The notes under the pieces: generated by a model
Database searches by the model: none
Seen by the model: only the letters and a program-made list of their open reading frames with translations
Told to the model about the DNA's origin: nothing
Made by a program: the position numbers and the translations under genes
Part shown: in pieces, positions 23,726 through 36,860 of the stretch
Layout: each line of letters begins with the position of its first letter
Numbering within the stretch: the stretch's first letter is position 1
Assembly: GCF_009914755.1 (NCBI RefSeq)
Contig: NC_060925.1
Source of the DNA: the human T2T-CHM13v2.0 reference genome, Homo sapiens
Reading direction: 5' to 3' (one strand)
Length of the DNA: 64,000 nt

Positions 23726-25089
23726 TATGACTGTAAGCTACATGTATTCAGATTAAACTACCTTGTTTTATAAAAGTGTTGATGACATTTTCTTGCAACT
23801 TTCTTTCCATGCACATTGCAGCAAGAGCAGATCAGATCCCTTTGCGATTGTGACTGGGAGCCTGTGCTAAGAACTAGATGAGTCCTGGTAGGTGGAGCAG
23901 ACTTAGGTGGGGTATGGGGAGGGCCTAATACCTGGGGCCAGAAATGAGATCTTATAAACTGGGGCCGGTATCCCTCAGGACAGAATCCCAGGGAAGGTGT
24001 CAGCCTTGGGAGAGATTACAGAATAAGGCAGAAGGAAGAATTCAAGAGAGGGAGGCCAGAGACAGGCTGGCAGAAGCCACAATTGCTGAGTTGGGCTTCT
24101 CAGGACTCTAGCACAAACAAGTAGAGACCAGAAGATTCTAGCCATTAGTGGGAAATCTAAACAGGGCCTTATTCTGGACCAGGGTGTGTGCCAAGGGGCC
24201 TGGGAGGCTGGGGACTGGCAGGCAGGGGGGCCCTCTGAGGGTAGTATTTCTACACATCAAAGAATTTCATCAGAACTTTTCCTGGTCTACCCACCTGGAA
24301 GGCTTTTCCATCTGTATCTGAAGAAACAATCATATCTGACAAGCAGACTTGGGAATCATCCAGAAGATCCCCAAAGACATTCACTTGGTCAGACGTGTTT
24401 TGATCTTCTCTCCCCATTGAATGATGCTTGGATTTTATCTTCTCTCTCCCTCTGGCTCCCCAGTTTGGTCCATAGCATCTCTCAGGACATGCCTGGGACC
24501 CACCCTAACTGCCTCCCAATATTTTGCCTCTTGGACCACGGACCAGACTCTAGGACTGCCAAAAGCATTGGCAGTTACCATCCCTCCTTCTCTGGCAGTA
24601 CCCACATCCAGGCTGAAATGCTCCAAGTCCAACTCATTTGAGCTGCTCTCTCGAAGCCAAATGCAAGAAAGGCTTTTTTCATTAACTAGCTGGCCTGATT
24701 AGCATTTATTAGGGCTCCCCGCAGCAACTCTCTTAGCCTCCTCCTCCATATACTTACTAACCCCTGAGGCATCTCCACCAAGCTCTAGAGCTCCTTGGAA
24801 CACCATTTGAGAATTGTTGCTTTGATCTAATGTTGTCACTCTACCTTTAGGGAAACTAAGTCCTACAGTCATGGTCTCAGCCTTAGCACAGTCTAGACCT
24901 CGTGTTTAAACCTGGCTCAAGGTTCGCACATGATAAGAACAGAAGACCAACTAGGGAGGCCTCCATTTTCATGCAGGGCTGCTCACCTTCTTTCTGCCTC
25001 TGCCTCACCAAATCCCAAAGCTAGATTCCCTCATGGCCCTGCCTGCAGACCAACTAGCAGACAGGTCAATTCTGCAGTGAGATTCCAGA

Positions 25090-25559
25090 TTCAGCCTTAG
25101 CATATCAGCTGGGAGACTTAACAATGAGTCACCGTACTGGTTGATCCTCACTTCCCCCCAGACCAACTCTGTTTCCTTTTCTAATCTGCTCCATGACCCG
25201 GGAATTTAACCTCACTGCTGGGTTCAGCCAATGGGAGTCATCAGCAGGGCAGAAGGAGAGGTTGGGTCATTTATTCTCTGCCCCCTTCTTGCTTTGGCAC
25301 CATGTTTCTGGCAGTAGCTATACCCCTCTGTGGCTAACAGCTCTCCCCAGACCTCCTCCCTGGCTCCAGCTCTTACTGGGCCCTTTTTCTTTTTGATCCT
25401 CAGAGGAGTAGCAGCTCTCTGCTGCTGTGACTCTCGGGGTGATCATTTGTTGATTCCTGTTATTCTGCCTACACCTCTATAAGCAGTCCCTCCATCTACC
25501 TTTCTTCATTTGAATCACCTGGTGGGTATTCTGTTTCTTGCCAGGCATTGAATGATACA
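25090..25559 (+). mobile_element. LTR33-like ERVL LTR
   Basis: gctgggttcagccaatgggag...ggctccagctcttactggg...ctgtttcttgccagg...tgataca. Confidence 0.55.
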
Positions 25560-26094
25560 ATCACTTTCCTCAGACTCAAGGTTCAATGTCCCAGCCGTGG
25601 TGGCTTACCTTAAGCTGTGTGTCTAAGCCTCATGCTGCACTCCCAGAGATAAGATTCTCTACAGGAACTTGGGCCTGCGTGTGTTTGACATATAGGCTCC
25701 CCTGCCCTGTCTCTGGTAGCCCTGTCACTTCCCAGCCCTGGCCTTGTCCTGATGAGAGGCTTTGCCTGGTCTCCAGCCTGTACTCTGGCCTCTCCTCATG
25801 TTGTCAAGGCCAGAGCCAGCCTCATGTCCTTGTGTTCTGGCCTCCATGCTGGCCTTGGCTCAGACATACTCCCTCTTGTGTACTTTCCATACCCTTTGAT
25901 GACCCTGCCCATGGACTCTTCAACCAGTGCCCCAGGGCATGTCCAAGGTATTCCCTCTGGCTATCTTGGCTTTCTGCCCTTCCCAAGGATTCTGGGCCAT
26001 GCTCAGTGACCAGAGGTGCATCTGCCTGAGGTCTTTCTTATCTCTCCAGCACACTCTGGGGCAGGGCTCTGGCTAGGCTTCCCCCAGCCTGTGT

Positions 26095-26900
26095 CACTCC
26101 CTGACTCACTCACTTAGCAGAGAGTCTCTGAGCATCTCCTGTGTACCAGGCCCAGCCTTATGTGGCACACAGGGTTCCTAAGTCCATCAGACCTGGCCCC
26201 CTGCCCTCAGAAAGCTCACAGTCTAGAGGGGAAAGGTCTAAAGGCACATCATTACCTTGGAGAATGACAAGCACCCTAAGGTCCAATGGGAGGAGGCTGG
26301 AGAGTGCTAAAGCTCGTCTGGAAAGTTTACAGAAAGCTTCCTTAGGGAGGTGATGTCTCTGCTGAGGCTCAAAGATCTGGTGGATAAGAGTGGCCTGGAC
26401 TAGAGTGGGCACAGTTGTAGGTGGCAGATGAAATGCTCCAGAAGTGGCTAACAAGAGGCTATTGGTGACATGTCTGCCCTTGAGGGCAGGGTAGGCGAGC
26501 TAATCAAGGTGGCTGTCAGGTCATTTAGGTGGGTGGATGGGAGAGGTGCCAGCCTCTGAGAATAGGATCACAGAAGGAGGAGTGGATGTGGGGAGCAGCT
26601 AGGGGTGGGAGCAGCTATGGGTGGGCGCAGCAATGGTGAACTCAGTTCTGAAGTGCCTTGGGAATGTTCCTGGAGGGACTTGGGACACAGGGAGAGAGCT
26701 GGGAGTCAAAACCTCCATGTGAAAGCTAAAGCAGGGAATAAGAAGTGCTGCTGAGAGAGGAAGAAAGGCTGAGCACAGAGCTGATGGACACCAACATTTA
26801 AGAAAGAAGGTTTTGGAAAGAATGAGAAGGGGTGGTAAGAGAAGTGAGAGGGAAAACAGGAGAGGTTGCTGTATGGAAACCAAGGGAAGAAGGGTCTCAG
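26095..26900 (-). mobile_element. L2 LINE fragments
   Basis: cactcacttagc...ctgagcatctcctgtgtaccaggc...gctcacagtctagaggg. Confidence 0.65.
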
Positions 26901-26959
26901 GAGGGGGCAGTCAGCATGGGAGGGTGACTGGCACAGAGGGCTCGTGCAATATGGAATCA

Positions 26960-27150
26960 CAATGGCAAGATCCTGGCTCCTCCACTTGCCGTGTGTATAA
27001 CCTTGGACGGCAGTTCAAGTGGGAGACTCAGTTCCCACTACGTAAAAGCAAACAACAGTGGTGCCTTTTGGGGTGGTTCCATTCACATGAGCATGTTGTG
27101 AAGCATCTAGCACAGTGCATGCCACACTTAACATGTTCAACAGATAGTAG
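26960..27150 (+). mobile_element. MIR SINE
   Basis: atcctggctcctccacttgccgtgtgtataaccttgga...ctcagtt...gcatctagcacagtg. Confidence 0.7.
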
Positions 27151-28421
27151 CTACGCCTCTGAGAATTAATTCACTCAGAGAACACTCAGGTGCACGCATG
27201 AAATGATCCTTCCTACAGAAGATGCTGAAACAAGATGAGGTCTAGTCTCAAAAAGAAAATTACATCAATCACTGAATCCATGGGAACAAGTGCCAAGTGG
27301 CATAAAAAGGAACCAGAGAGTGGCTGCAAGCGTCCTCAGGAGGCAAAAACCCTGCTGTCGCCATAGTTTGGGCTTGGAAAGCTGCAGACACGGAACTTGC
27401 CGTGGAGGAGAGACCCATGAGCCAGGACTGGAAGAACATCCAGGAGGAGGGAACAGCCTGAGCAAAGGCCCAGAGGGAGGAACTTGCACCTTCATAAGAG
27501 ACTCTTGGGGCTCCCTGCTGCCCTCTGGTGCCAGGCTCAAGGGTAAATGGCTCCTTGTCTGGGCGACAAATTCACAACAGCAGCAGCTTCCAGCCCTGCA
27601 CTCCACGTCACCAACAGGGGGATGTGATCATTAGGTGATTATATTTTCAAGGCCCAAATTGTTTTATTTGTTTCCCTGCCAGCTTTCATGAGGCCATCAG
27701 TCATTCCCCACACAGATAACATTTCTTATGTACATTGACAGAATAAATTACATGGTTCTCATCCGGCAAATCCACATTACAGGGGAACGTTATCTTTTGC
27801 AAAACGCTGCCCGGGCACATCATAAATCCTAACCAGGTTTATTACATCTGTCTTGTCATAGATTCATTTTATTGAGAAGTGGGCTTTTTTTTCCAGATTA
27901 ATAATCACATTAATAGATGAGATTCTTTTTAGAGGATTCTTTTATTGGAGAAACCAAAGGAAGAATTTCATGGCTGCAGAGCATGGCCACACTAGTGGCT
28001 GGTGCTGTAAGACTGTCCTTGTCATGCTGACAATATCCTCCAGGATTGGGAACTGGGAACTCCTGACTCACCAGGGACTTTGGGCCAGCTCATGATCCCT
28101 TCTTTGCCTCTTATTTCAGAGCTCTTTCCAAAGAACAAATCCAGAAGCTTCCAAGATGGGATCAAAGATGTATTGGGATATTAAACCAATCAAATTAATA
28201 TTTAATGAGTAACTAGCATGTGTGCAACTGACAAATCAATGAAGGAAAGAACGTTAACCCACTTGGAACAAGAAGAGAAGAATTCAGCACAGAGTCCTCA
28301 GAATTGGGCTTCCTTCCTGCCTGCCCCCCTTCAGTAGGTGGCTCAAGCGCCTGAGGTAGGTAGCCTGCTAGCTCTGAGATTCTTTCTCCTCTTTTTGTTA
28401 AGTGAGAAGATTGGTCTAGAT

Positions 28422-28638
28422 TAGGGGTTGGAAAACTATGGCTGAAGGATAAAAACAAGCCCATCACCTGTTTTAGTAAATGAGATTTTATTGGAACATA
28501 GCCTCTCCCATTTGTGTATTGTCTATGGCTGATTTTGCACAATGGCAGAGCTGAATAGCTACAACAGAGACCTTCTAGCCTGCACAGCCTGAAATGTTTA
28601 CTCTCTGGCTCTCTACAGAAGAAGTTTGCTGGCCTCTG
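28422..28638 (+). mobile_element. MER58A hAT MITE with 8-bp TSD (GTCTAGAT/GTCTAAAT)
   Basis: taggggttggaaaactatggc...ttttattggaacatagc...aagtttgctggcctctg; TSD on both flanks. Confidence 0.85.
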
Positions 28639-28648
28639 GTCTAAATAA

Positions 28649-28707
28649 ACTTCAGGTGGACACAGATCCCACAATTTGCAGCCAAGTTGTGGGATCTGTG
28701 CTGAAGT
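28649..28707. repeat. Inverted repeat / hairpin
   Basis: acttcag-gtgga-cacagatcccacaa-tttgcagccaag-ttgtgggatctgtg-ctgaagt: 14-bp perfect arm plus 7-bp outer arm. Confidence 0.9.
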
Positions 28708-28719
28708 GCTTTAACATTG

Positions 28720-28900
28720 ATTTGAGTCCATTGTGCTAAATGCTTTTCTTGCATCATCTTATTTAATTCTGGTTCTATTCTACAAATAAGGAAACTGAGG
28801 CTTTAAGTGATCCAGTGACTCTTCTAAAATCACCAAGAGGCAGAGGCAGAGTCAAGCTAGGAATTCAGGCCTGTCCAGTGCCAAAATCCCTTCTTTCCTT
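28720..28900 (-). mobile_element. MIR SINE
   Basis: ctacaaataaggaaactgaggc...aagtga...ggcagagtcaagctaggaattcaggcctgtc. Confidence 0.7.
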
Positions 28901-29689
28901 TCCAGGAAATGGCCAGGGTACCATGGAGATGTTAATTAGTGAGAATTGGGGAGACAGGAGGAAACTTCCTAGGGGACCTCAAATTTGGCACTTAAGATGT
29001 GGAAGTGTGGAGAGAAAGGGGGAGGAACTCCCGGCAGTGGGAGCCCAGGAGAAGAGGAGGGGGCTGTTATGCATCACAGGGCTGGGCCCTGGTGTAGCAG
29101 TGAGAGAATGACTTCCACCTGCGGGCTGCCATGATGGGCATGGCCTCATTTAAGGCTTACAGATGAACTCTAAGGTGGGTACTTCTACAGTCTCCACTCA
29201 ACAGATACAGGAAAGAAGCCCAGAGAGGTAACCACCAGCCCAAAGTCACACAGTGGGTGAGTAGTATTTCTTCTTCACTTATGTGGTTTTGGCAAGTTCT
29301 TTGCACCGTATCAGGCAGTCTCACCTGGAGTAAGAGAGAGAGCTGGTGGGACAATTTTGGGATAAAAAAAAAAAAAAAGTAAGATCACTTCAGCCATGGG
29401 GCAGGTGGCATCAGAGTGGCAGAACCCAAGGGGAAGGCAAAACTCAGAAGCCAATTGGAGGTTGTTAAGTTGGCTGAGTGCACCTGTCTGGGAATCATCT
29501 CTCGGACCTCTTCTCTGTTCAAATCAGGGAAGACTTTGTGTCTGAAAAAGGGTGCTTCTCCCCTGCAATAGAAAGAGCTGGGGACCTGGACCCACCCATG
29601 CCTCTTGCCTGACCCCCAGTCTGCTCCACTTCTCCACTGTGACTTCTCACAGACGGCCCTAGCATCCCCACTATGGCACAGTCCTCATC

Positions 29690-30575
29690 TTCCCCCCAAA
29701 GCCTGTTCCTCACGTTAGTAAAATACAGCCCCAGCTTCCCAGATGCTCAGAAAGAAAACTTTAGCCATCCCTGACTTATTTTTCTCACACTTAATATCCA
29801 ATCCACTAGTAAACGCTGTTGGCTTTTCTTTCAAAATATAAATAGTATCTTATCAATTCTCCCCACTTCTGCTGCTACCGACTGGGCCCAAGACCACCAT
29901 TATCTCTTGCACCAACTGGTCTGCCCACCTTGGCCCTGCTGTCCTACTCAGCCAGAGAGGTCCACTTAACAGGCAGCTTCTTGGCTCAAAACCCTCCAAT
30001 TCCTCATTTTTCACTAGCCTAAAGCCCACATCCACATAATGACCAGAAAGGCCTCGCACACTCAGGCTGCAGTTACCCTCTGACTCAAGGCCTCTCTTCT
30101 CCCCTCCATCACTCTGCTCAGCCACATCACCCCCTGCCCACACAGTGCCCACCTCCCACCTTGCTGCACACCCCCAGGATAAACCCTCTCCTTGCTGCCT
30201 TCATGAATACTGTCCATGAGTTGCGCAGCCCGGCAACTCCATGCCTCTGGATGCTTGTACTAGCTGTTCCCTTCTCCTCAGATGCCCTTCCACAAGATAT
30301 CCGTGGGCTGGATCCCTCAGCCCCTTCACAGTTTCACTCAGAAGTCATTCTCAGTGAGCCCTTCCTACCGGTTTATGCAAAATTCCAACCTCCACATCAC
30401 CCTCTGCCTTCCCAGTCTGCTGCATTACTTTCCTCTATCATTCACCTCCATCAGGCTGTTTGTTTATTGCTCATTGGCTCTCCACTAGAATGTAAGCTCC
30501 ACCAGGGCAGGGGTCTTATCTGTTTTATTCACTGCTAAATCTTGAGTACCTAGAATAAGTCCTGGCATATATATA
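29690..30575 (+). mobile_element. L2 (L2a-like) LINE 3' region
   Basis: ccaatccactag...ccaccattatctcttgc...ctagaatgtaagctccaccagggcaggg...acctagaataagtcctggcata. Confidence 0.8.
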
Positions 30576-30795
30576 ATAATATATATTAGCCCACATGAGC
30601 TTGGCAAATATATAGAAGTCTAATAAATTTTAACACTGTTCCACCACAGGTAAGATGTGGTTCTTTGGACAAGGTATTTTATTGCTCTAAAACTGTATCT
30701 TCATATATTAAATGGGGGTAAAATAGTTAAATAGCAGTACTTTCCCCAATACATATTATCAGGAATGATTGAAAAACAAAGCAAAGCTAAAATGA

Positions 30796-31370
<575 letters not shown>

Positions 31371-32954
31371 ATGGTGAGGATGGTGATGACAATCCCCAAG
31401 GAGGCTGCCTGGGAAGGAGGTGCCCTCCAATCCCTGGCCTCTCAGCAGGGAATAGGTTGCTGATGAGTCAGGCCTGAGCACATTAATGTGCAAAGTCTCT
31501 CTCCCTCTTTTTTTCTTTTTAGCACAAAAATCTCTCCTAGCACCTCTCATTATCCACTTCATCAGTCTCAAACCGTCGGCTAATTGCACTCCCCAGCAGC
31601 CCCTCCCTCCCTGCCTCTTCAACAAGCTCAATAGGACACAGCTGCCTCCCTCTTTGGGGCTCCCCTGGGGAGTTATAAACAAAATGTATCAGGCAATGCC
31701 CTGCCTGCCTTCTCTGGGCTCCCCTATTGCGCCCCTGCTCCTCTCCTACCTCCCCACGCCCCAGGAGAATGGCCACAGGACAGCCAAGGGCAGTGGGGTG
31801 GGTGGAAAAGGGAGGTGGAGCTGCAACAAGATTTCATGGTTTACTCTGGCTCATAGGTCTGCAAGATTCTAACTCCTAACTGGCTGTGATCCTCGAGAAA
31901 GGGAAACACAGGAGGTGAGTTTGACATTCACCCCACCTTCCTGCCAGTGGGCCCTTTCCAAACCTGGAGCACAGATTTGGAGAGAAAAGAGGTCTTACTG
32001 CATGAAGGAATCAGAGACTAGAGTGTGAGGCAGCTGGAATTTGTGAAGCAGGTTGCAGGACAGTTGGAAGATGCATAGAGAAGGAGCACCAGGAATATAT
32101 ATAGTATTTGCCCTGTTAGTAAGCCATGCATGGACAGGGTGAGACTGTGCTGCCTGGCAGAGAACAGCTCCTAGCCTGCAGTGAGCCAAACTACTTTGTT
32201 AGAGATCACACAGTGCTGGGAGATAGTGGAGTTATGACCAGCCAGAGTGGAGATCTTGCTGAACGCCCTCGGCATGTGGCAGACTCCAAGAAGGCTATGC
32301 ATTAGGGACTACTCTATACTCACCCTAAGAAAGCCTAAAATCAATTCATGACACAGTCAAGCTGACTCACCAGCAAATTAACTGCCTACCACAACAAAAA
32401 CACAATACTCTTTCAAAGATGACAATAAAAATTAATATCTCCATAACACAACATTCACAGTGTCTAGCATACAATTTTTTAAATGTCAAAAATGCAAAGC
32501 AGGAAAATATAACCTATAACCAGGAGAAAAATTTACCTAGAGGTGATGTGGGTGCTGGCATTAGCAGTACAAAACTTTAAAACATCTATTACAAATATGT
32601 TTAAGGATGTAAAGGAGAATATGTATGAAATGAGTGAAACAATGGGGAACCTCAACAGAAAAATGGAAACTATGAAATGAATCAAGTAAAAATTATAGAA
32701 CTGAAAAATGCAATACTTGGAATGAAAAATTAACTAGATGAGCTTAATAATAGATTGGAAACTGAAAAGAAAAGAGCAATGAATTTGAAAGCAACCCATG
32801 AAACCATGAAAGCTAAAGTACACGGAGAAAAAGGAACAGAATGTCAGTGACCTGTGGGACAATACCAAGGATTGTAACATAAATAAAATTAGAGCTCAAA
32901 CAAAAAAGGAGAGAGATTGGGGCAGAAAAAAATTTTGAAAGAAATAGTGATAGT

Positions 32955-34135
32955 CAAGAGAATGAAAAGACAAGCCACAGACTGGAAAAAATATTTGCAA
33001 AAGACATATTTGATACAGGACTGTTATTCAAAATATACAAAGAATTCTTGAAACTCAACAATTCAGAAAATAAGCAACCCAATTTAAAGTGAATCAAGTA
33101 TATGAACAGATACTTAATACAGATGGACAACAACCATATGAAAGATGGGCTTTCATAAATGAAAGATGTCAAATAAGCATATGAAAAAAGCATATGAAAA
33201 AATGCTCAATATCATACATCATTAGGGAATTATGAATGAAAACAATGAGATACCACTACACACCTATTAGAATGGCCAAAATTTAAAACACTGACAACAC
33301 CAAATGCGAACAACAGGAATGCCTCATCTATTATTGGTGGGTACGCAAATGGTACAGTCACTTTGGAAGACAGTTTGGCAGTTTCTTTTGTTTTTTTATA
33401 AAACTAAATATACCCTTACTATACAATCCAGCAATCACTCCCCTTAGTATTTACCCAAATGAGTTGAAAATTTATTTCCACTCAAAAACCTGCACAGGAA
33501 TGTTTATAGCAATTTCATTTATAATTGCCAAAACTTGGAAGCAAATGAGATATCCTTTAATAAATGAATAAATAAACATGCTGTGGCACCATCCATACAA
33601 TAGGATATTATTCATCACTAAAAGGAAATGAGCTATTAAGCCCTGAGAAGACACGGGGGAACCTTAAAGGCATATTGCTAAGTAAAAGAAAACAACCTGA
33701 AAATTGTATATTTCAACTATATGACATTCTAGAAAAGATAAAATATGAAGACAGTTAAAAGACCAGTGGTTGCCAGGAATTCAAGGGAGAAAGAAGGAGG
33801 AATGAATATGGAACACAGAAGATGTTTTGAACAGGAAAATAATTTTGTATGATGCTGGAATGATGGGCACATGTCACTACACAGTTGTCAAAATCCATAG
33901 AATGTATAACAACAAGAGTGAGCTCTATTGTAAACTATGGACTTTGGTTGATAATAATGTGTTGATGTTGGTTCAGTGGTTATAATACATGTACCACACT
34001 GATGTGGGATGTTGATGGTGGAGGAGGCTATATGTGTGAGAGGTAAAGGGGTATATCGGAAGTCTGTACTTTCTACTAAATTTTGCTGTGAACCTATAAC
34101 TTCCCTAAAAAGTAAAGTCTACTGATTTTTTAAAA
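32955..34135 (+). mobile_element. L1MC-type 3' fragment (nested)
   Basis: gaaaagacaagccacagactgg...gataccactacacacctattagaatgg...ttgtaaactatggactttggttgataat. Confidence 0.75.
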
Positions 34136-34208
34136 GACATAAAATGTTTCAAATGTGATGACAATGTCAACCCACAAATCCAGAAGCTTAGCAAATCCCA
34201 AGCAATAT

Positions 34209-34210
<2 letters not shown>

Positions 34211-34240
<30 letters not shown>
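34211..34240. repeat. (CA)n microsatellite
   Basis: perfect AC run. Confidence 0.95.
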
Positions 34241-34242
<2 letters not shown>

Positions 34243-35239
34243 CTGCCTTTACCACCATCACCAAAACACGTAATAATAAAATTTCTGGAAAACAAAGTTA
34301 AAGAGAAAATCCCAAAACGACCAAAAAAAGATGCATATAGGTAGGGGAATTAAAATAAAAAGACAAGAATGATCACTGCTTTACCACTAAATACAATGCA
34401 AGCCAGAAGGCAATGGAGACCTTAAAGTGCTAAAAGAAAAACAACCCATCACCCTAAGTTGGAATTCAGAAATCATTCAAAAATGAAGGTGAAATAGAGA
34501 AATTTTGAAATAAATAAAAGCTGAGAGAATTCATCACCAAGCTAAAGAAGAATGGTACCAGATGGAAGATAAGATCCTCATCAAGGAATAAAGAACACCA
34601 AAAATGGTAGTATATATGAGTAAATGTAAAATACTTTTTCCTTAATTTTTAATTTATTTAAAAGAAAAATGACTGTTTAGAGCAAAAATAATAGCACTGC
34701 ATTGTGGGAGTTAACATATGTAAAAATAAAATAAATGTCCAAAATAGAGCAAAGGAGGGAGGAAATGGAAGTATACTGTTGTAAGATTATTACATTGTAT
34801 GTAAAGTGGAATAATATTAATTCAAGGTAGGCTTTGTTAATTTAAGAGTGCATATTGCAATTCCTGGAGTAACCATCTAAAAAGAGATGTAGATAAAAAG
34901 CTAGTAGATGAGATAAAAAATATAATGTTAGAAATTCCCATGAATTTAAAGAAAGAAGAAAAGAAAAATAAATAAAGGGGAAAAATAGATATAAAATTGC
35001 AGAATGGTACATTTCAACCCAACGAAATCAATAATTACATTAAATGTAAGTGGACTAAACACTCCAATTAAAAGGCAAAAATTGATCACTTAAAGAAATA
35101 ACACTCAACCATATCCTATTTATAAGATACCCACCTTAAATGTAAAAATACAGAGAGGTTAAAAGTAAAAGGATAAATAGAAGATATGTTGTGAAAGACA
35201 AAGTAGATTCAACACAAGAACTATTAATAGAGATAAGAA

Positions 35240-36166
35240 GGGAGAAAATTTTTGCAATCTACTCATCTGACAAAGGGCTAATATCCAGAATCTACAATGA
35301 ACTCAAACAAATTTACAGGAAAAAAAAAACCCCATCAAAAAGTGGGCAAAGGATATGAACAGATGCTTCTCAAAAGAAGACATTTATGCAGCCAAAAGAC
35401 ACATGAAAAAATGCTCATCATCACTGGCCATCAGAGAAATGCAAATCAAAACCACAATGAGATACCATCTCACACCAGTTAGAATGGCAATCATTAAAAA
35501 GTCAGGAAACAACAGGTGCTGGAGAGGATGTGGAGAAATAGGAACACTTTTACACTGTTGGTGGGACTGTAAACTAGTTCAACCATTGTGGAAGTCAGTG
35601 TGGCAATTCCTCAGGGATCTAGAACTAGAAATACCATTTGACCCAGCAATCCCATTACTGGGTATATACCCAAAGGATTATAAATCATGCTGCTATAAAG
35701 ACATGTGCACATGTATGTTTATTGCAGCACCATTCACAATAACAAAGACTTGGAACCAACCCAAATGTCCAACAATGATAGACTGAATTAAGAAAATATG
35801 GCACATATACACCATGGAATACTATGCAGCCATAAAAAATGATGAGTTCATGTCCTTTGTAGGGACATGGATGAAGCTGGAAACCATCATTCTCAGCAAA
35901 CTATCACAAGGACAAAAAACCAAACACCGCATGTTCTCACTCATAGGTGGGAATTGAACAATGAGAACACATGGACACAGGAAGGGGAACATCACACACT
36001 GGGGCCTGTTGTGGGGTAGGGGGAGAGGGGAGGGATAGCACTGGAGATATACCTAATGTTAAATGACGAGTTAATGGGTGCAGCACATCAACATGACACA
36101 TGTATACATATGTAACTAACCTGCATGTTGTGCACATGTACCCTAAAACTTAACGTATAAAAAAAA
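35240..36166 (+). mobile_element. L1PA (about PA4-5) 5'-truncated 3' end
   Basis: ORF2 C-terminus [27 protein letters not shown]; 3'UTR ctaatgttaaatgacgag; short A tail. Confidence 0.92.
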
Positions 36167-36619
36167 GGGACATTTCATATGAGAAAAGAGTCAATTAAGC
36201 AAGAAGACAGAACAATCCTAAATGTGTATGTATCTAATAACAGAGTTTCAAAACGATAAAGAAAAACTGACAGAACAAGACCTGTGTGCTTCACTGCATG
36301 TAATTTATATCTTAATAAAAAATAAAATATATATTTGTAGAAGTTTAAAAAAAAAAGAAAAAGACAGGCTCTCTGTCTCAGGAATAGGTCTAGGGCTTAA
36401 GGTCAAGGCCTAATCAGCCACCATCTTGACATAGTCTCAGAGGGGTGGGCCAGAGCTCTCAAATACCTCCTGCCTGATACCAGGGAGAGCTGGCAGCTGG
36501 GTCAGGACAGAGCCAATAGTCACAGGTGAGAGATAAGCAGGGCAGGGTGCCAGACAGTGCTCAACCCCCTCCATAGGCTGGTAGATAACATGTGGGAGGG
36601 AGCACAGATGATCTAATTT

Positions 36620-36860
36620 CCTGTTTCAGCATTTTTGTTTTCTTCATAATAGTTAACTACAGTTTGTAATCATTGCATCTATCTGTGTGTTCATGATTTA
36701 GTGTCTGTCTCACCCTGGGTCTGTAAATCCCATGAAGGCAGAAACCAGGTCTGTCTTTTTCATGATCTTATCCTAAGCCTTGGATACAGTGGCTGACATG
36801 TCGGAGCACCCTTGATAATTGGTCATTGGATAAAGGAGTAAATAAACGAATGAATGAGGG
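36620..36860 (+). mobile_element. L2 LINE 3' end
   Basis: ctgtaaatcccatgaaggcagaaacc...aaacgaatgaatga. Confidence 0.7.

Larger units (their letters stand above)
32000..36330 (+). mobile_element. Ancient L1M (MC/MD/ME-type) 5'/ORF1/ORF2-start remnant with two nested L1s
   Basis: ORF1-like A-rich sequence (ctagatgagcttaataatagattgg, ctgagagaattcatcacca); ORF2 start acattaaatgtaagtggactaaacactccaattaaaagg at ~35040. Confidence 0.7.

Noticed and set aside
35240-36166. Apparent segmental duplication with 62705-64000
   Set aside because: The similarity reflects two independent young L1PA insertions with different diagnostic bases.
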